DNA of 63,961 bases, filler included, from Choristocarpus tenellus KU-1152 (GCA_964200185.2; 9 parts of 9 records of this genome joined end to end with filler, not necessarily neighbours in it), one strand, 5' to 3'; positions 1-12,277 are shown, counted from the first letter of the whole stretch. Numbers and translations: made by a program. Notes: generated by a model from the letters alone, not told the origin.

Positions 1-683
1 CTGGCAGAGAACGCAAATGCTAGGGAAGCTGAGATGGGCTTGAGGACGAACCAGGCCAAGGACAATTCCAGGGACTCTGACGCAGAATTTGTCGAAGATC
101 TGAGTCCTCCAGAACCTAAACGAGTAGTGCCGTATGAGCATGTAGCGGAGTTGTTTAGCAAGTTAGAAGCGCAAGCTGCGCAGGGATGCATGGACCAAGT
201 GCCTTTCTGCTACAAAAGGCAAAAATGGAATGGATCAAGGCCTAATCGAGGAAAAAAACAGTCCAGAGCGACATTCGTCGTTTCTTTTGATGTGCTTGGC
301 ATATACTTTCGTCTTGGGGTTGTGTTACAGTAAGATTACACCAGGAGAGCGACAATATGTTTTAGAAAGACTGAAGAGACTCTGAGGTAGAAGGCACATA
401 TTCTCTTTCCTTATGGTGAGGCGGGAGATGCGCATGAACACATAAACATCATTAAAAAAAAGCGCTCGTAATCTTTTCATCCTATCCATGAAGCTTATGA
501 TTGATTTCCCAGCTCACCACAATTAATTAATCCCTTCGACGATTGATTTCCCAGATCACCACGATTAATTAGTCGATTCCAGATTGATTTCGCGGTTTTG
601 TACCAAGTAGTTTGTACCACATCAAGTTTGTGCCGCTTGTTTCGGGCATCCCATAGGTGAACAAAATCGGGTAACCTACTGTA
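1..683 (+). mobile_element. 3' end of a decayed pogo/Tigger-like (Tc1/mariner superfamily) DNA transposon
   Basis: Acidic C-terminal coding relic (VPYEHVAELFSKLE..., then after a frameshift LQKAK.EWIKA*SRKKTVQSDIRRFF*) resembles the C-terminus of the element at 25846-26085. Subterminal repeats GATTGATTTCCCAG(C/A)TCACCAC at ~499 and 541. Ends ...GGTAACCTACTG|TA (reverse complement TA|CAGTAG, a pogo/Tc1-type terminus). Confidence 0.6.
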
Positions 684-927
684 CTTCTTTATCATTTAAT
701 ATAAAATATATCGATGATTACAGTAAGAGTAATCCCTCTTCACTGGATATGCACTTGGTTTGATTTGCTTTGATGTCATCAGATTAAGAAGCGCATTTGC
801 CGTGGACACGTGAAGAAAAGGAGCGGGTAGAGTCTTCCCCGCCCATGCGCTGAGTTGTACGTGATAGGGCGGGACGAGATTTTTCGTGGGTGGGGTACAG
901 GGAAAATTCCTGGAAGAGAGCTCAAGT

Positions 928-2629
928 ATGGCGAGTGCAATTTGGGGTTCGCTATTTTAGCGTGATGGGAGACTGAGAGTTTAGTTGTAAGAATATCCCT
1001 GATGTTGTGTATATATCGCCCATAACTGTGCTGCAGTTTCAATAACCAAATTGGTCTGGTTTATTTGCTCTTTTTTCCCCCCAATGCGTTGGCAACAGGA
1101 CATTTCTTGGGAAGGGGGCTACTCTGCGTCCTCTCACCAATCTTCGGTTATATCTTTAGGACGTGCATTATCTAGCAGACGTAAATTCATGATGGAGTCC
1201 ACTTGAACCCATTCTTGTCGGATCACCTGCCCAGAGCATTTTGTGCACACAACCTTGAAGACTGGATTTGTTGAAAAGATGCTCCACCCTTTACCTCTAA
1301 TCCGGGGACGAAATGGTACATTAAAACCGTGAATTGCAGGGCACTCTACTAGATAAACCAGAGACAACGAAGGACACAGAGACGGCTGAAAGTGACTCCG
1401 GGCTCAAGTTCGGGGCTTCGGCTATGCAGGTCAGCACACTGGTCATGTACTTGGAAGTATTTTGACTGGAGTACGGTATTGACATCCGTGACCATGTGCA
1501 ACTCTGGTGCATGGTAATGCTGGTCTTCGATATGACTTTCGGAATGATGCTATCGAAAGTGTATACGCTCACCTTTATTTTTGAAGTTCACTCCACCCAC
1601 TCGCGCTCCGTAGTCAGTGTGGCTCCCTTTTGTGTCACCGTACTCCAAGTGGGGACGCGTGCACCCAAGACACCCTACCCCAAATAATTCGTACACTGGC
1701 TTAATCTATATTTATCATCTTTGATTACCTTCACACCGGCATCCCCTCTCCTGGGTCTCTTGGCTGGGGGTGTCCAGGGTTGGCGAGTTAATATGGAAGA
1801 TGCCCACACCATCGTGGCTAATGTGAAAGACCTATCGGGCCATTCATTTGTTGCTGTTTATGACGGACATGGGGGGGGCTTCAGTGCAAGTTTTGCTGGA
1901 AAAGCTATGATGGGACACATCACAGCAACTAAGGAATTTAAGACCTACATGGAATCTGATAAGAAGGATCCAAAGGCAAGGGGGGGTGATGACAAGGTGT
2001 TGTGCTTCATTACAACACTTCACTTTTACAACTTGCACATTGGTGTATGGGGTGCTGCTTGGATGATTAAACCAACAGATGTAAATAATGTTATTTCGCC
2101 TAGGAAGAGTTTGTATTGGTGGTTGGATGAGGAAGGTCGCGAATAGGAATGTATTAGACGGCAGTATTCATAGGAACCAAATGAACCATGAGTGCATGCA
2201 TGTGAGTGCATGCACATGCAATGCATGAATGGAATATGATGTATCGCATGCACCACAACGATCTGGTGATACCTTTGCATCTGTGACAATCTTCCGACAA
2301 CACCACAACTGGAAAGAAGTACTCCCTTCAACACTGCATCAACATTGCAACATCTTCTCACCCCCCAAATCCATCCCCATCCCTCCCTCCCCTCCAACGA
2401 ATGCAATGCAATATGGTAAATGTTTAACAAACCACTTCCTATCCAGCTCCTGGAGAAGGCATTATACCAAGCGTTTCTAAGTTTGGACAGGAAACTCAGG
2501 GAATCTCACGAAGTTAAGAATGAGGGAGACCGCAGTGGATGTACTGCAGTAGCTGCGTTTGTGACACCCTCACACATTGTCCTGGGGCATGCAGGGGACT
2601 CGAGGGCCATAATAGCAAGTGGAGGAGAG
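928..2629 (+). CDS. Protein phosphatase 2C (PPM1A/PTC2-like), 5' part; exons 928-930 (ATG only, tentative), 1340-1429, 1778-1975 (or 1996), 2447-2629; remainder not found in this contig
   Basis: Spliced translation (M)GTLLDKPETTKDTET...FGASAMQ|GWRVNMEDAH...VAVYDGHGG...|...GDRSGCTAVAAFV...GHAGDSRA contains the PP2C motifs QGWRxxMEDAH, DGHGG, SGCTA and GDSR. CAG acceptors at 1339, 1777, 2446; all phase 0. Confidence 0.92.
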
Positions 2630-3379
2630 GTACGCTAAGAGAGAGAGAGAGGTGGATGATGCTTCTGGATTTGGTTGTGTTGGGGATGAACTCCGGTGCA
2701 CATTTGTGTAATTTAGGTGTGGGGTTACTTTTTGACTGATGTCAATATCAGAACCGGGGTTAAGTAATCTAAAGACCTTTGTGCAGGTGCTCTCACTGAG
2801 GGGCATCAATTGTCGGTTGTTTGATAAGGTTGGTAGAATCAAGAACGTGCTCTTCGTTGTGGTTGGGACCAGTTTTGCCTTCTTCAACATGCTTTTTCTT
2901 TTCTTTTTTTTTCACACGAGTGAGCGGTACGCCATGCTTTATTGTGACTCCTTAGCCTCATCCTTAACCTTAACCTTAACCTTAAGTTGAAGGGTCAGTG
3001 GCTCAAAGAGCTTGTCGGTTCATACTCGGCATTCGGCGTTGATCAAAAATATGTAGTGAAGCCGTTCGCTTTCCAACGCAGCCAGCCTCGGGGGAAGGAG
3101 AGCTTAAATGCGGAACACTCTAGTCCTGTCAGTGCGTAGACAACAGATCATGAAAAAGAAGTAGAGCTGTGGTAGAGTGGTCGGTATGGTGTGGTACGGC
3201 TGTGAGAGATACCGATGGCGCCATGATAGGGGTAAATGGTACTGTCAGCGGTATGAGCTCGAACTGTCATACCGACCCGAGAACCCACCATGTGTAGTTA
3301 GCAGCAATCTCTGATTTCTTGGAAATAGCAGTGGTGCCCAGGCATAAACTGGACCTCAATTTTATCACCTGATAGACAC

Positions 3380-3382
<3 letters not shown>

Positions 3383-3418
<36 letters not shown>
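3383..3418. repeat. (AC)n microsatellite
   Basis: Direct reading, about 18 units. Confidence 0.95.
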
Positions 3419-3419
<1 letters not shown>

Positions 3420-4062
3420 CAACAACAATTGAAACTTGTAGCATTGTTGGGAGGAGTTTGTAGAACCGAGCTCTGGTTTAGTGGGTGGGTACTGTACTAA
3501 GAGTAAAAACAATTGACAATATAATTGGAACTCCCTTCTCCTGTTTGGGGTAAGTGTATAATTTTGCACAGCTCTGCCAGCTTCTGATTTCTTAGCGGGT
3601 GGAAAATCTGAATTTTTAATGTTAAATGTGCGGGGGGAGGGGGGTGTTGTCCTCAAAAAAATAAAATACGAGTGGGTATTATCTTATTTTGTAGTTTTTT
3701 TTTGCAGACTATCCACGACGCTAAGGCAATAAATAAGAAGATAACCTAAGAAGATTGATGTAGAGTTTTGCTTTACATGCGCAGGTGGTTAATTAAACTT
3801 TTGTATGTTTAAAAAAAGTATTCGTGGCAAAAAAAAATGTAGATTTGACTGGAAGTGTTCGTGCTCATGGGGAAGGCGTACCGTTAAGAGTCCAATGTTC
3901 TATGTGTGTAAGGATAGTACAGGTCTTGGTGTAGGCCATGTTTTTGTTTTAGTGCAGTTGGTTTTACCAAAGAGGTGGGACAAACGATAATTTGAATTTA
4001 ATATTTTTATATATATATATATATATTTTTTTTGGGGGGGGGGGAGGGGGGGGGCGCAGTTT

Positions 4063-4162
4063 NNNNNNNNNNNNNNNNNNNNNNNNNNNNNNNNNNNNNN
4101 NNNNNNTTAATTAATTAANNNNNNNNNNNNNNNNNNNNNNNNNNNNNNNNNNNNNNNNNNNN
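4063..4162. other. Artificial contig spacer (44N-TTAATTAATTAA-44N); identical spacers at 6712-6811, 10747-10846, 16827-16926, 31687-31786, 34842-34941, 40617-40716, 57153-57252
   Basis: Eight identical 100-bp blocks with a palindromic stop-in-all-frames 12-mer in the middle. Confidence 0.97.
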
Positions 4163-5352
4163 GTTGGCGGACCGACACCATGCCGACAATCTGTGTACTC
4201 ACCGCCAGGATCCTCCCCATCCCAGGGCCAACGTCATGGTTGGTGTGATTGACTATGGTCGTATGGGTGTGAGAGGCTTGCAGCCTACTCCAGGACAACA
4301 AAAAATGGTCAACAAACTGATCTGGCACTAAAGAATCCGATCACCAATACACTTCAATATGTTTGAAATATTCTGAACAACGCGTAGAAGATGCTGTACA
4401 ATAATATTACATGATCGCTTGACCTTCCTTTTCCAGGATATTACCTCGAAGAGAGATTATTCAAGACGAGAAAAAGCAACAATCACAGCAGCAACAACTA
4501 GAACAGCAGAGTCTGCATTACCCTCGACCCGTTCAACAGACACCTCCCTCCTTGAAAACATTGGTAATTTTCCCTGTAAAAGAAGAGATCGGATTATACA
4601 GATTAATTGTACTTGTATATACTAATAATACTAAGCACTAATATTATATAAATAGGAAGGTAATATAGAAACGAGTGCGGAATCACATCAGTGTTCCATC
4701 AGTCCCATTCTGCCCAGCCGGAGCCAGTTTCTACAGGTTAAAGTGCATAACACCCCTTGTCAATGCCACTTACGCTGTTCTTGACACAATGCATCTGTTA
4801 TCGCAGCAGGTGGTGCGGCATTGTAGCCCCCCTTCCTGTGAAACCCCCTACTACTCCTGCATAAACCTCACCTCAAGATTGTGGTGCTTGTGTGCAAACA
4901 TGCCCGAAGGTTTCCGCTCCAAGGGTGTTGGGTGTACGCAAGGATAATAGCTTAATCAAGACCTATCATCAATGAACTATATAATAAATATGAAATGCGA
5001 ATTGTGCGCATTTGATCTACTTTAAGAACTTCCACAAGAAGGGAAATAAATCACTATGCAAGGTAGAGATGTCGTCCTGGACAACAAAGGATGTTACGCG
5101 AGAAATGGGCACGGATGTTTCCTAGACAATGGACGTCATATCACGTGTAGTATGTGCACCAAATTGGCTCGAGGCCATATGTTTTCCCAACAACAGACGG
5201 TATGGGCATGTACAACAGATGCAGTCCAAATGTATCACACGGTCGAAATCCTGGTCATCATCTTGCAACCAAAGTCTCATGGGTTGTTCACACAAGAAGG
5301 CCCACATCATCAAAACGGTATAAACCATGCCCTTCATACTAAGGTGCTGTTA

Positions 5353-5871
5353 GAATCAAGAGCCAAAATAAACGAGAGGTACCCAGGTTTTGGTCGTTTT
5401 GGATTTTGAGCAAGTTTTTCAAATTTTTGCGATTCATCCATATTTCTTAGGATGAAGGGCTAAAATTGACTTGAGAGTGTTGATTTCTCTGTTGTTTGAG
5501 ACACTTCGACAGAATTCAGAAAATATCCTTCACGCATTTGTAACAAAGTCGAACTTTGCGCATATTTGTCGTCATCCTCAAAATGTAACCTGGCTACCTC
5601 TCGTTTACTTTGACTCCAAACCACTTGAGAGGTGGTCAGGGTTGCATTTCAAGGGTCCCGTGAAAGGTCAAAATGTGACATTTTGCGCAATTCCAGAAAT
5701 AGCCTTTTGCTTCATTGTGGTGCCACTTTGTGTGTTGCGAGGGGGAATATCATTTGTGAGTACACTATTGTGCTCATGAATCAATGGAATAGAGTGCATT
5801 GCACAGGGTAAGAATGATGACTTTGAATGCAAAAGGTCCCAAACCTGCCTACCTCTTAACTGATTTGGCTC
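5353..5871. mobile_element. MITE family D (PIF/Harbinger, Tourist-like), with a family C MITE inserted in its left TIR
   Basis: TIRs GAATCAA/ACCACTTGAGAGG ... CCTACCTCTTAACTGATTTGGCTC; TSD TTA at 5350-5352 and 5872-5874; homologous to 59374-59631 and 61772-62044. Confidence 0.8.
5360..5616. mobile_element. MITE family C (~257 bp)
   Basis: TIRs GAGCCAAAATAAACGAGAGGTACCCAGGTT / AACCTGGCTACCTCTCGTTTACTTTGACTC; TSD CAA at 5357-5359 and 5617-5619; homologous along its length to 62064-62332. Confidence 0.85.
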
Positions 5872-6811
5872 TTAGTAGTAGTACTAACAACATGGCAGTA
5901 TATGGTGCTTGGTAATAACCACTCCATTCATTGTGTCTTCTGGACAACACGCTATATAATGATTTGATTATGAACTTCAAAAATAAAACTAGAAATGGAC
6001 ACCTCATAATAAGCACCACTGACTAATATTTCTACTAGTAGCAGGGTAAAACAAAATAAGCGATTGCAAAACAAAGATAAAAACTCCATGATATGATAAT
6101 ATTCGTTATTATTGGACTGTCAGTACAGAGAAGGCAATAATATTACTACAGCATCGATTTTTTTTCTTCCTAATTTTGGGGACCAAAGATTATATACTGT
6201 AATCACCTCTTGACATTTTGAAGATTGACTTGTCAAAGAAAAAACTATAATGCATATACAGTAACGGTTGTGTCAATTGTAAGACATACACCTACCTCCC
6301 CAAAGTATGTACTTGTTGAAAACAAACTATGCACATCTGCAAAATGTCAGAGGTTGTAAGGATAAAATATACAACAATAACAACGACCCCATTTTCATAG
6401 GTTCACTACTAAGTAATATGTACATTACTATGTTTCTAAACTAGTTTTAGCCCTAAGAATAAGATGGGGAGGATCTATTTGGAACTATCCCAAGAATTTG
6501 TCAGGACACCTCTTGGCACCTCCCTTCTGTCTCTACAGTGAAACGTATGGTAGAGATCAGAGATCACTAAGTTAGGGGGTGGAGTATTAATTATATGACC
6601 TTACCATGTCATCATTTGTTGTGAACGGTACATTTAAGCATAGACACAAATGAAGGATATATAGGCGTCGTAGTTATAACCTCAATACCTTTGCGGTGGA
6701 AAATTTTGGGCNNNNNNNNNNNNNNNNNNNNNNNNNNNNNNNNNNNNNNNNNNNNTTAATTAATTAANNNNNNNNNNNNNNNNNNNNNNNNNNNNNNNNN
6801 NNNNNNNNNNN

Positions 6812-6862
6812 GGTTTCAACACAAACAGAGCAAAATTCGCACCCTCTAAGATACTTTCACTC
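6812..6862. mobile_element. MITE family A, end fragment at contig start
   Basis: ...CACCCTCTAAGATACTTTCACTC matches the end of the copies at 36650-36907 and 40018-40276. Confidence 0.8.
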
Positions 6863-6923
6863 AGTAGAGGGTGACTCACGAACAGGAATTGGCCTAGGTA
6901 GCTCCTCAAAGCCGTGTCTCTCG

Positions 6924-9900
6924 TCAGTATGGTGGCAGTGTGGGACTTGTCCAGAACCAGGCCCGTGTAGGAGTGTCGCGGTCTATACTATAACGTTCGA
7001 CAAAAAGCTGGATATGTCACAAGTCGCCATTTTCCCATTTAACCTCGTAGGGGTAGCTGACTCGCTCCTCTCCAACTTTCGCCGTGTAGTAGGGCTGGTA
7101 CTTGGTCACGGTCCCTCGCATCCACTGATCGTCCCATCTGAAGTATAGTCCCCTGCCCTTGGCACTGGCATGGAGTGTTTCTCCCTCATCTAAATCCAGC
7201 GCAGCCCTCAGTGTCGGTTCAAGTAGTATATATTTATCTGTAACCTTCTCCGTGTCCCTACGCTTCCGCTGGCGGCCAACAATCGACCGATGGCGTTGTC
7301 TGACACACTGGGCTGCAGCCTCGTCACTGTCCCTCTTGTTCTTCTCCCGAAGTTGGTCGACACCCTCCTCGATCTCGTCCGCTGTCATGTACGACCTCAA
7401 TTGAGGGGGTAAAGATTTTTCGCCATCGACTGGAAGGTAGGACACTGAGTAAATGTACGCCTCTGAACCATCTACGTGAACATCGCTGACCTTCCCCTGT
7501 ACGATAGCCCCCCCCACTCGCGATAGGATGAAGCTGATTCCTCGGCCGAACCTGGCATGGGATGTGTCCCCAAGTCTGAGTTGCCTTGAGAAGCGAGCAG
7601 GTATCCCACCGAGGGGTTGGCGGTTGGATTCTGAGGTGAACCTCTGGTATTATTTAGGATATAGGATACACTTAGGAAGCGAAACGATGGCATGGGAAAC
7701 GCTTATGGCCCTATGGAAGTTGTAAAATATTATGTGAAAGTTTACAATTGTGGTTTTGTGGAGTAGGAGAATAAAATTACATTTAGAACAATTGTGGTTT
7801 GGAGGTTAGGGTTGAATGTTGTGGGAGAATTTTTTGTATATTAGGGGATATTAGGGAATATGTTACATCTGTATATCAACAGCGTCGATTGATTCGCGTG
7901 GAACATTGTTCTTTTAGTAACAAGCAAAAACGTTTCTCACCTTGTCCATCCGTGACATGTGAATAGTTGGCACTCCACCAACAAAGCTGGCACTCAGCAC
8001 CTCTCGAACCCTTCAGTGACAAAGACCACCTCATCTCTAGCACTGAACATCCCCCCGTAGCTGGAATGGTACCTGGTGTTCCATTGAATCGTGTTCTTTC
8101 AAGGCAAGAACTCTAGACCATTGTACTCTGATGGCTGGGTCCGCACAATGCATATGTTCCCCTCAGCGAGCTGTCTCTTCTTCCTCGACAGCTGGCTCCT
8201 CAGATACATATCGCCCATTCCTGTTTCCGTGGAAAATCCGAGGTCTATCTCCTTAAGCGGGGGCACGTGGGTTTGTTCACACCTGCATTGGGCCAGGTTG
8301 TCGATGGAACAGTTCGTGCAGTAGCACGACTACTCGGTGCATATCAATTCTCCGGTGGTGCACTGACCAGTGAAGAACTTGTGCGTGGACTCTGTGCTAC
8401 TGAGGTTGGGGACACGTGGGTCGTGTCGTTCCGCGCGGTCGATCTTGTAACCCGGAAGGTGGACTATCTTCTGGGTTCTGAACGTGTCGATGTGTAGAAG
8501 TTCGTAGACGTGTTACTGTGCGGTCTGCCGTCCCTATCCGTCCAATCCTAAGAGGCATAGTGATTGTGTGTATACGGGGAGAGGTGGTACATGTTGGAGT
8601 CAGTGTTGGTACTGTGGCAGAGTCCTGTGATCGGTTCGATGTGATGGCATTTTCTTTGGAGTGATATTTGCTACCTATTCAAGTAACAAGTGTTTGGTAA
8701 ACGGCAGACGTTAATATGGGGAAGAAAACAATAACTTAGAGTTTTGACGGTTGGAAGACTTATGCAAAATAGAGGGCGATGATTGTAAGTGTGCATGGAC
8801 AGTCTGCGGTCTATTGAGAAGTGCGTATGTGCGATTCTCACGCTGGGTGTGGTGTCAACATAAAGGGAGTCACGAATGTGACATAATTTTCAACGATATC
8901 TATTGTGTGCTTGGTGTATGGGTGGGCAAGGGGCGTACGGGTTAGGGTTGTCGCCAGTGGCAAATAGAGGCCGATCATTGTGAGTGGGGGGGGCGTCATA
9001 TCGAGGGTGCCTACCTTTGTCACGATTGTCTCTCTGGGAGAAACCTTATGGCTTTTGCGGTAGCGCCACTCTTCCTCTGGTGTCGGATCCCTCAAGGTGT
9101 ACTGTGTTTTGGTTGCCTTGATTGTCTCCACTAGGGATGATATTCCTGGCATGCGCACCATGTCTAGCTCCAGTCTCCTGGTAGCAGACTTCACCACAGC
9201 CCTGACTCCATCGGACAAGGACTTGCCGTGACAGGAGATAAATAAGTTGTGTACTACGAAAATTCCCATCCGCGCTAAAGACTGAGAAACCCACCACACC
9301 TGCCATCTATTCTTGAACTGACTCCCGCAGCCATCGGACGAGATGTGGAGGACCTCTAGGGTCTGTCTGTACTCCCGGGCTGGAGGTATTAGGTGGTCCC
9401 TCACAAACATCTCCACGGCGTTCTGGACGAACTCGTTGTCTTGGCTTCGGTCCTCACTGCACACCGTAATGCTGTGAGCCCAAACCCTTCCCTTCCCAAG
9501 ATTTTCCTCTTCCCTGAGATCCCTCATCCACCAAACAATGGTCAGAAGCGCCGTGAGGAACAGATTGAAGAACTCTTGTTGTCTCAAGTCTTGCTTGGTG
9601 CTAAGATCCTTACACATTCTAGGAATGTCTTGATCTGAACGTTTCATGTGGTGTAGCTCTACATATACCACCAGATGCACGTACCATTGTTTGTGCCTCT
9701 TTCTCTACAGAGGAAATGACATTGCACTTGATTTGTTGGACAATCGAGGACAATGGATTGGAGGAGTGTGACTTCAAATAAATCGTTATGTGAACTGCCG
9801 CAACTTTTGTCATACTTTGTCGTACGGCAAAGTATGACAAAAATTGCATGAGGTGAGTTGATGGAAGAGCGAAACACGTGTTGGCATCTGTTTGGGATTG

Positions 9901-10720
9901 TAAGGGTCAGGGGGGTGGTGTTGGGGTTGAGGCACAGGGTTAAGGTTGGGACAGGGGCTAGGGTTGGGATTTGAAACAGATACAGAAAGGAGTATCTTTC
10001 ATTTCCGATACATATCGGGATCGACGTATCGGAGGACAAGATCTTTGTCGTCAGGTTTCGCCCTGCTGTTGAGGGGGGGATGTGTGCGTCACCAGTTCCG
10101 AGCTACGGTGTAACTTGTGAACACCACATGTCTCTGATTCTGATGCAAATATTGGATTTGAGAGGATATGGTGATCATATGCTTCGCTATGTCTAGTCTT
10201 TTAGCAGTAATCCCTCGTTCCGGTATTTACAGAACGAATAGGCTACATTGGAGTATGTCCAACTGCGATGGAGGCCTGGCCTTACCCTTGGGATGTCCCA
10301 GGGTTTACTCCTCCGGAGTCCACGAGTTTGTTCCTCTTGTTAGTCAGATCCCCTAGTGGCTGACGGGTGGCCATCCTACATCTACGGTGCGATGGGTATG
10401 GTCGTCTCAAAGAACTGCGACCATTGTATACCACCTATCATAGATCTGTAATTCTCTGGAACAGCCCCCTCCCGCTCCACGTTCTTTGTCCTTCCAGTAG
10501 TCCTAGTCCCGCCTTGAACCTCTGCACTCTACCTTTCCCATTCATCTGCCTCGGTCAAAAACCATCTTTGTTTGTACGGTCTCTGGTTCTGGTGGGAGGA
10601 GCCTATCTTTCCCACCTACAAGTAGATCAGTCAATCTCCGCTCACACCGTACTGCACGTTTTGATGGTTCACCAGGTTCAGGTGGGGGGTCACAGTTATG
10701 GACCTTGAGTCTCAGCATCA
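6924..10720 (-). pseudogene. Decayed, intron-containing Sola-type (probably Sola2) DDD transposase with a C-terminal Cys cluster and a downstream exon encoding two Tudor-like domains
   Basis: ORF 8838-9680 has LHISSDGCGSQFKN...HNLFISCHGKSLSDGVRAVVK (the SDGxxxQFKN / HGKxxxDG Sola signature). ~8515-7941 translates to STHKFF...SCYCTNC...QCRC with internal stops. 7643-6924 translates to FGRGISF...QGKVSDV...YSVSY and GRGLYFRWDDQWMRGTVTKY...YEVKWENGD (Tudor-like), with one internal TGA. Confidence 0.72.
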
Positions 10721-10746
10721 GAGCCAAAGTATCTTAGAGGGTAGCG
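10721..10746. mobile_element. MITE family A, start fragment at contig end
   Basis: GAGCCAAAGTATCTTAGAGGGTAG is the family A TIR. Confidence 0.8.
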
Positions 10747-10878
10747 NNNNNNNNNNNNNNNNNNNNNNNNNNNNNNNNNNNNNNNNNNNNTTAATTAATT
10801 AANNNNNNNNNNNNNNNNNNNNNNNNNNNNNNNNNNNNNNNNNNNNGGAAGCCTTTTGGGGATATCCGGGGGGGGGTG

Positions 10879-11053
10879 GGTTAAAAGTATTGGGGGGGGG
10901 GGGGGGTCTACACTAGGGTGTCCACTCAGGCCCTTACCAGGAAAGGTGCGCTTACAATTATCCATCCCATGTAATCAAATTACCAAGAAATCGCGATATG
11001 GAACAGTGGGCCCCAAATGGACATCCACCACCCCCTCCCAGATACTTCGAGCC
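10879..11053. mobile_element. MITE family B (~175 bp, poly-G/poly-C subterminal tracts)
   Basis: AAAGTATTGGG...GTCTACAC..GGGTGTCCA...GTGCGCTTACA.TTATCCATCC...CCCAGATACTTCGAGCC; homologous to 60948, 61568 and 63649. Confidence 0.8.
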
Positions 11054-11984
11054 GGATCTGCAGCAGAGACTCTTCCAGTCTGCCAAGGAGTGGCTTGCTT
11101 CGTCTGAAGCCTGTTAGGTTGGAAATGCCCCAGGGTCACTTCGCATGTGCTAGTATCGCATACATTGCAAAGCGTATAGGGCAGCCTCTGGTGGATATGA
11201 GTATTGCCGCCCCCACCCCAATGCTAGAGTTGCCACCGGTGATCGTCATGGAGCCCAAGGAGGAGGAACATCAGTGTGATGCCTATTCGTATGGCCTCTC
11301 TCTCCAGCAGACGCAAGAGGTTGGTATGCCTCAAGTTACATGAGCTGAAGAATCAGGTGGTTCATATACCCACATGTGTCTTTAATGTGATACAGGGCCC
11401 CAACCCTTGTCCAATGTGGAGTCTATGAGGGTGTTGAAGAAGTTGATGATGATGCCTGTTGAGGCCAAGTCCTACAGTCGCACCTCTCATCACCATAAGT
11501 TGCTGATTGTTTTCATGGGATTGCTTGAGACTCCTTGAGACTCCTTGTGACTCGATGGTTAATGGATGAAGCTGGCATGAATTTCGTGGGTTCAAACCAT
11601 ATGCGCCATTCTTGTTTTAATGAAAATTTTGATTTGATCATCAAAAGTCCATGTGGCATGCCTACGAATTGTGGACCTATAAATTGTAGACCGAAAATGC
11701 CAGACTAAGAATGAGGTGGAAAGACTCCATTACCTAGTGACACCGAGGTGGGTCCAGTACAACATTCAAGGAGACGGAGCAACAAGTAGTGGGATGACTG
11801 AACCCAAGATGTGAGAAGCAAGGCAAAAACAGAGGCAGTACAATTAGTTCTAGTGCAGCTGTAGTTGGTTACAGTACTAGAATTAGTACACTGTCTAATA
11901 CCTCTTACCACAAGTTAGGACAGTCTCCACATTAAAGTGGAGAAAATAATCAAAATAGTGGTGGTACCGATCTATTATCCTGTT

Positions 11985-12277
11985 GAGGGGAAACAGGGGT
12001 GGGGGGTTGAACGCTGTCCTAGAGGCAGGGGAGGAGCTAGGGCCTTCGATAATGGTAACATCTCTGGTGTTGAGGATGATCTGGATGAAAGGTTTTCAAA
12101 CCATGGTCTGAGGTCCAGCATTCCACGTCTGGGAGGGGAGGATGCCAGAATATAGCCACAATAGTCTCAGCTACGGGATTTAGAAACCTTCTACCCGAAT
12201 CTTCCCCAACACCAGACATTGCACCTTTATCGAAGACCCAATTCCATCTCCTAACTCAGGGTGCCGCTGGTTATCAT

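Noticed and set aside
1313-1339. 24-nt GT-AG micro-intron giving the PP2C start
   Set aside because: Much shorter than any other intron inferred here (120 bp or more); kept only as an alternative to the GC donor at 931.
2951-2986. (CCTTAA)n and other telomere-like tracts (also ~9900-9968, ~35990, ~46893)
   Set aside because: Short, degenerate and internal; no evidence for a chromosome end or a telomere-targeting element.
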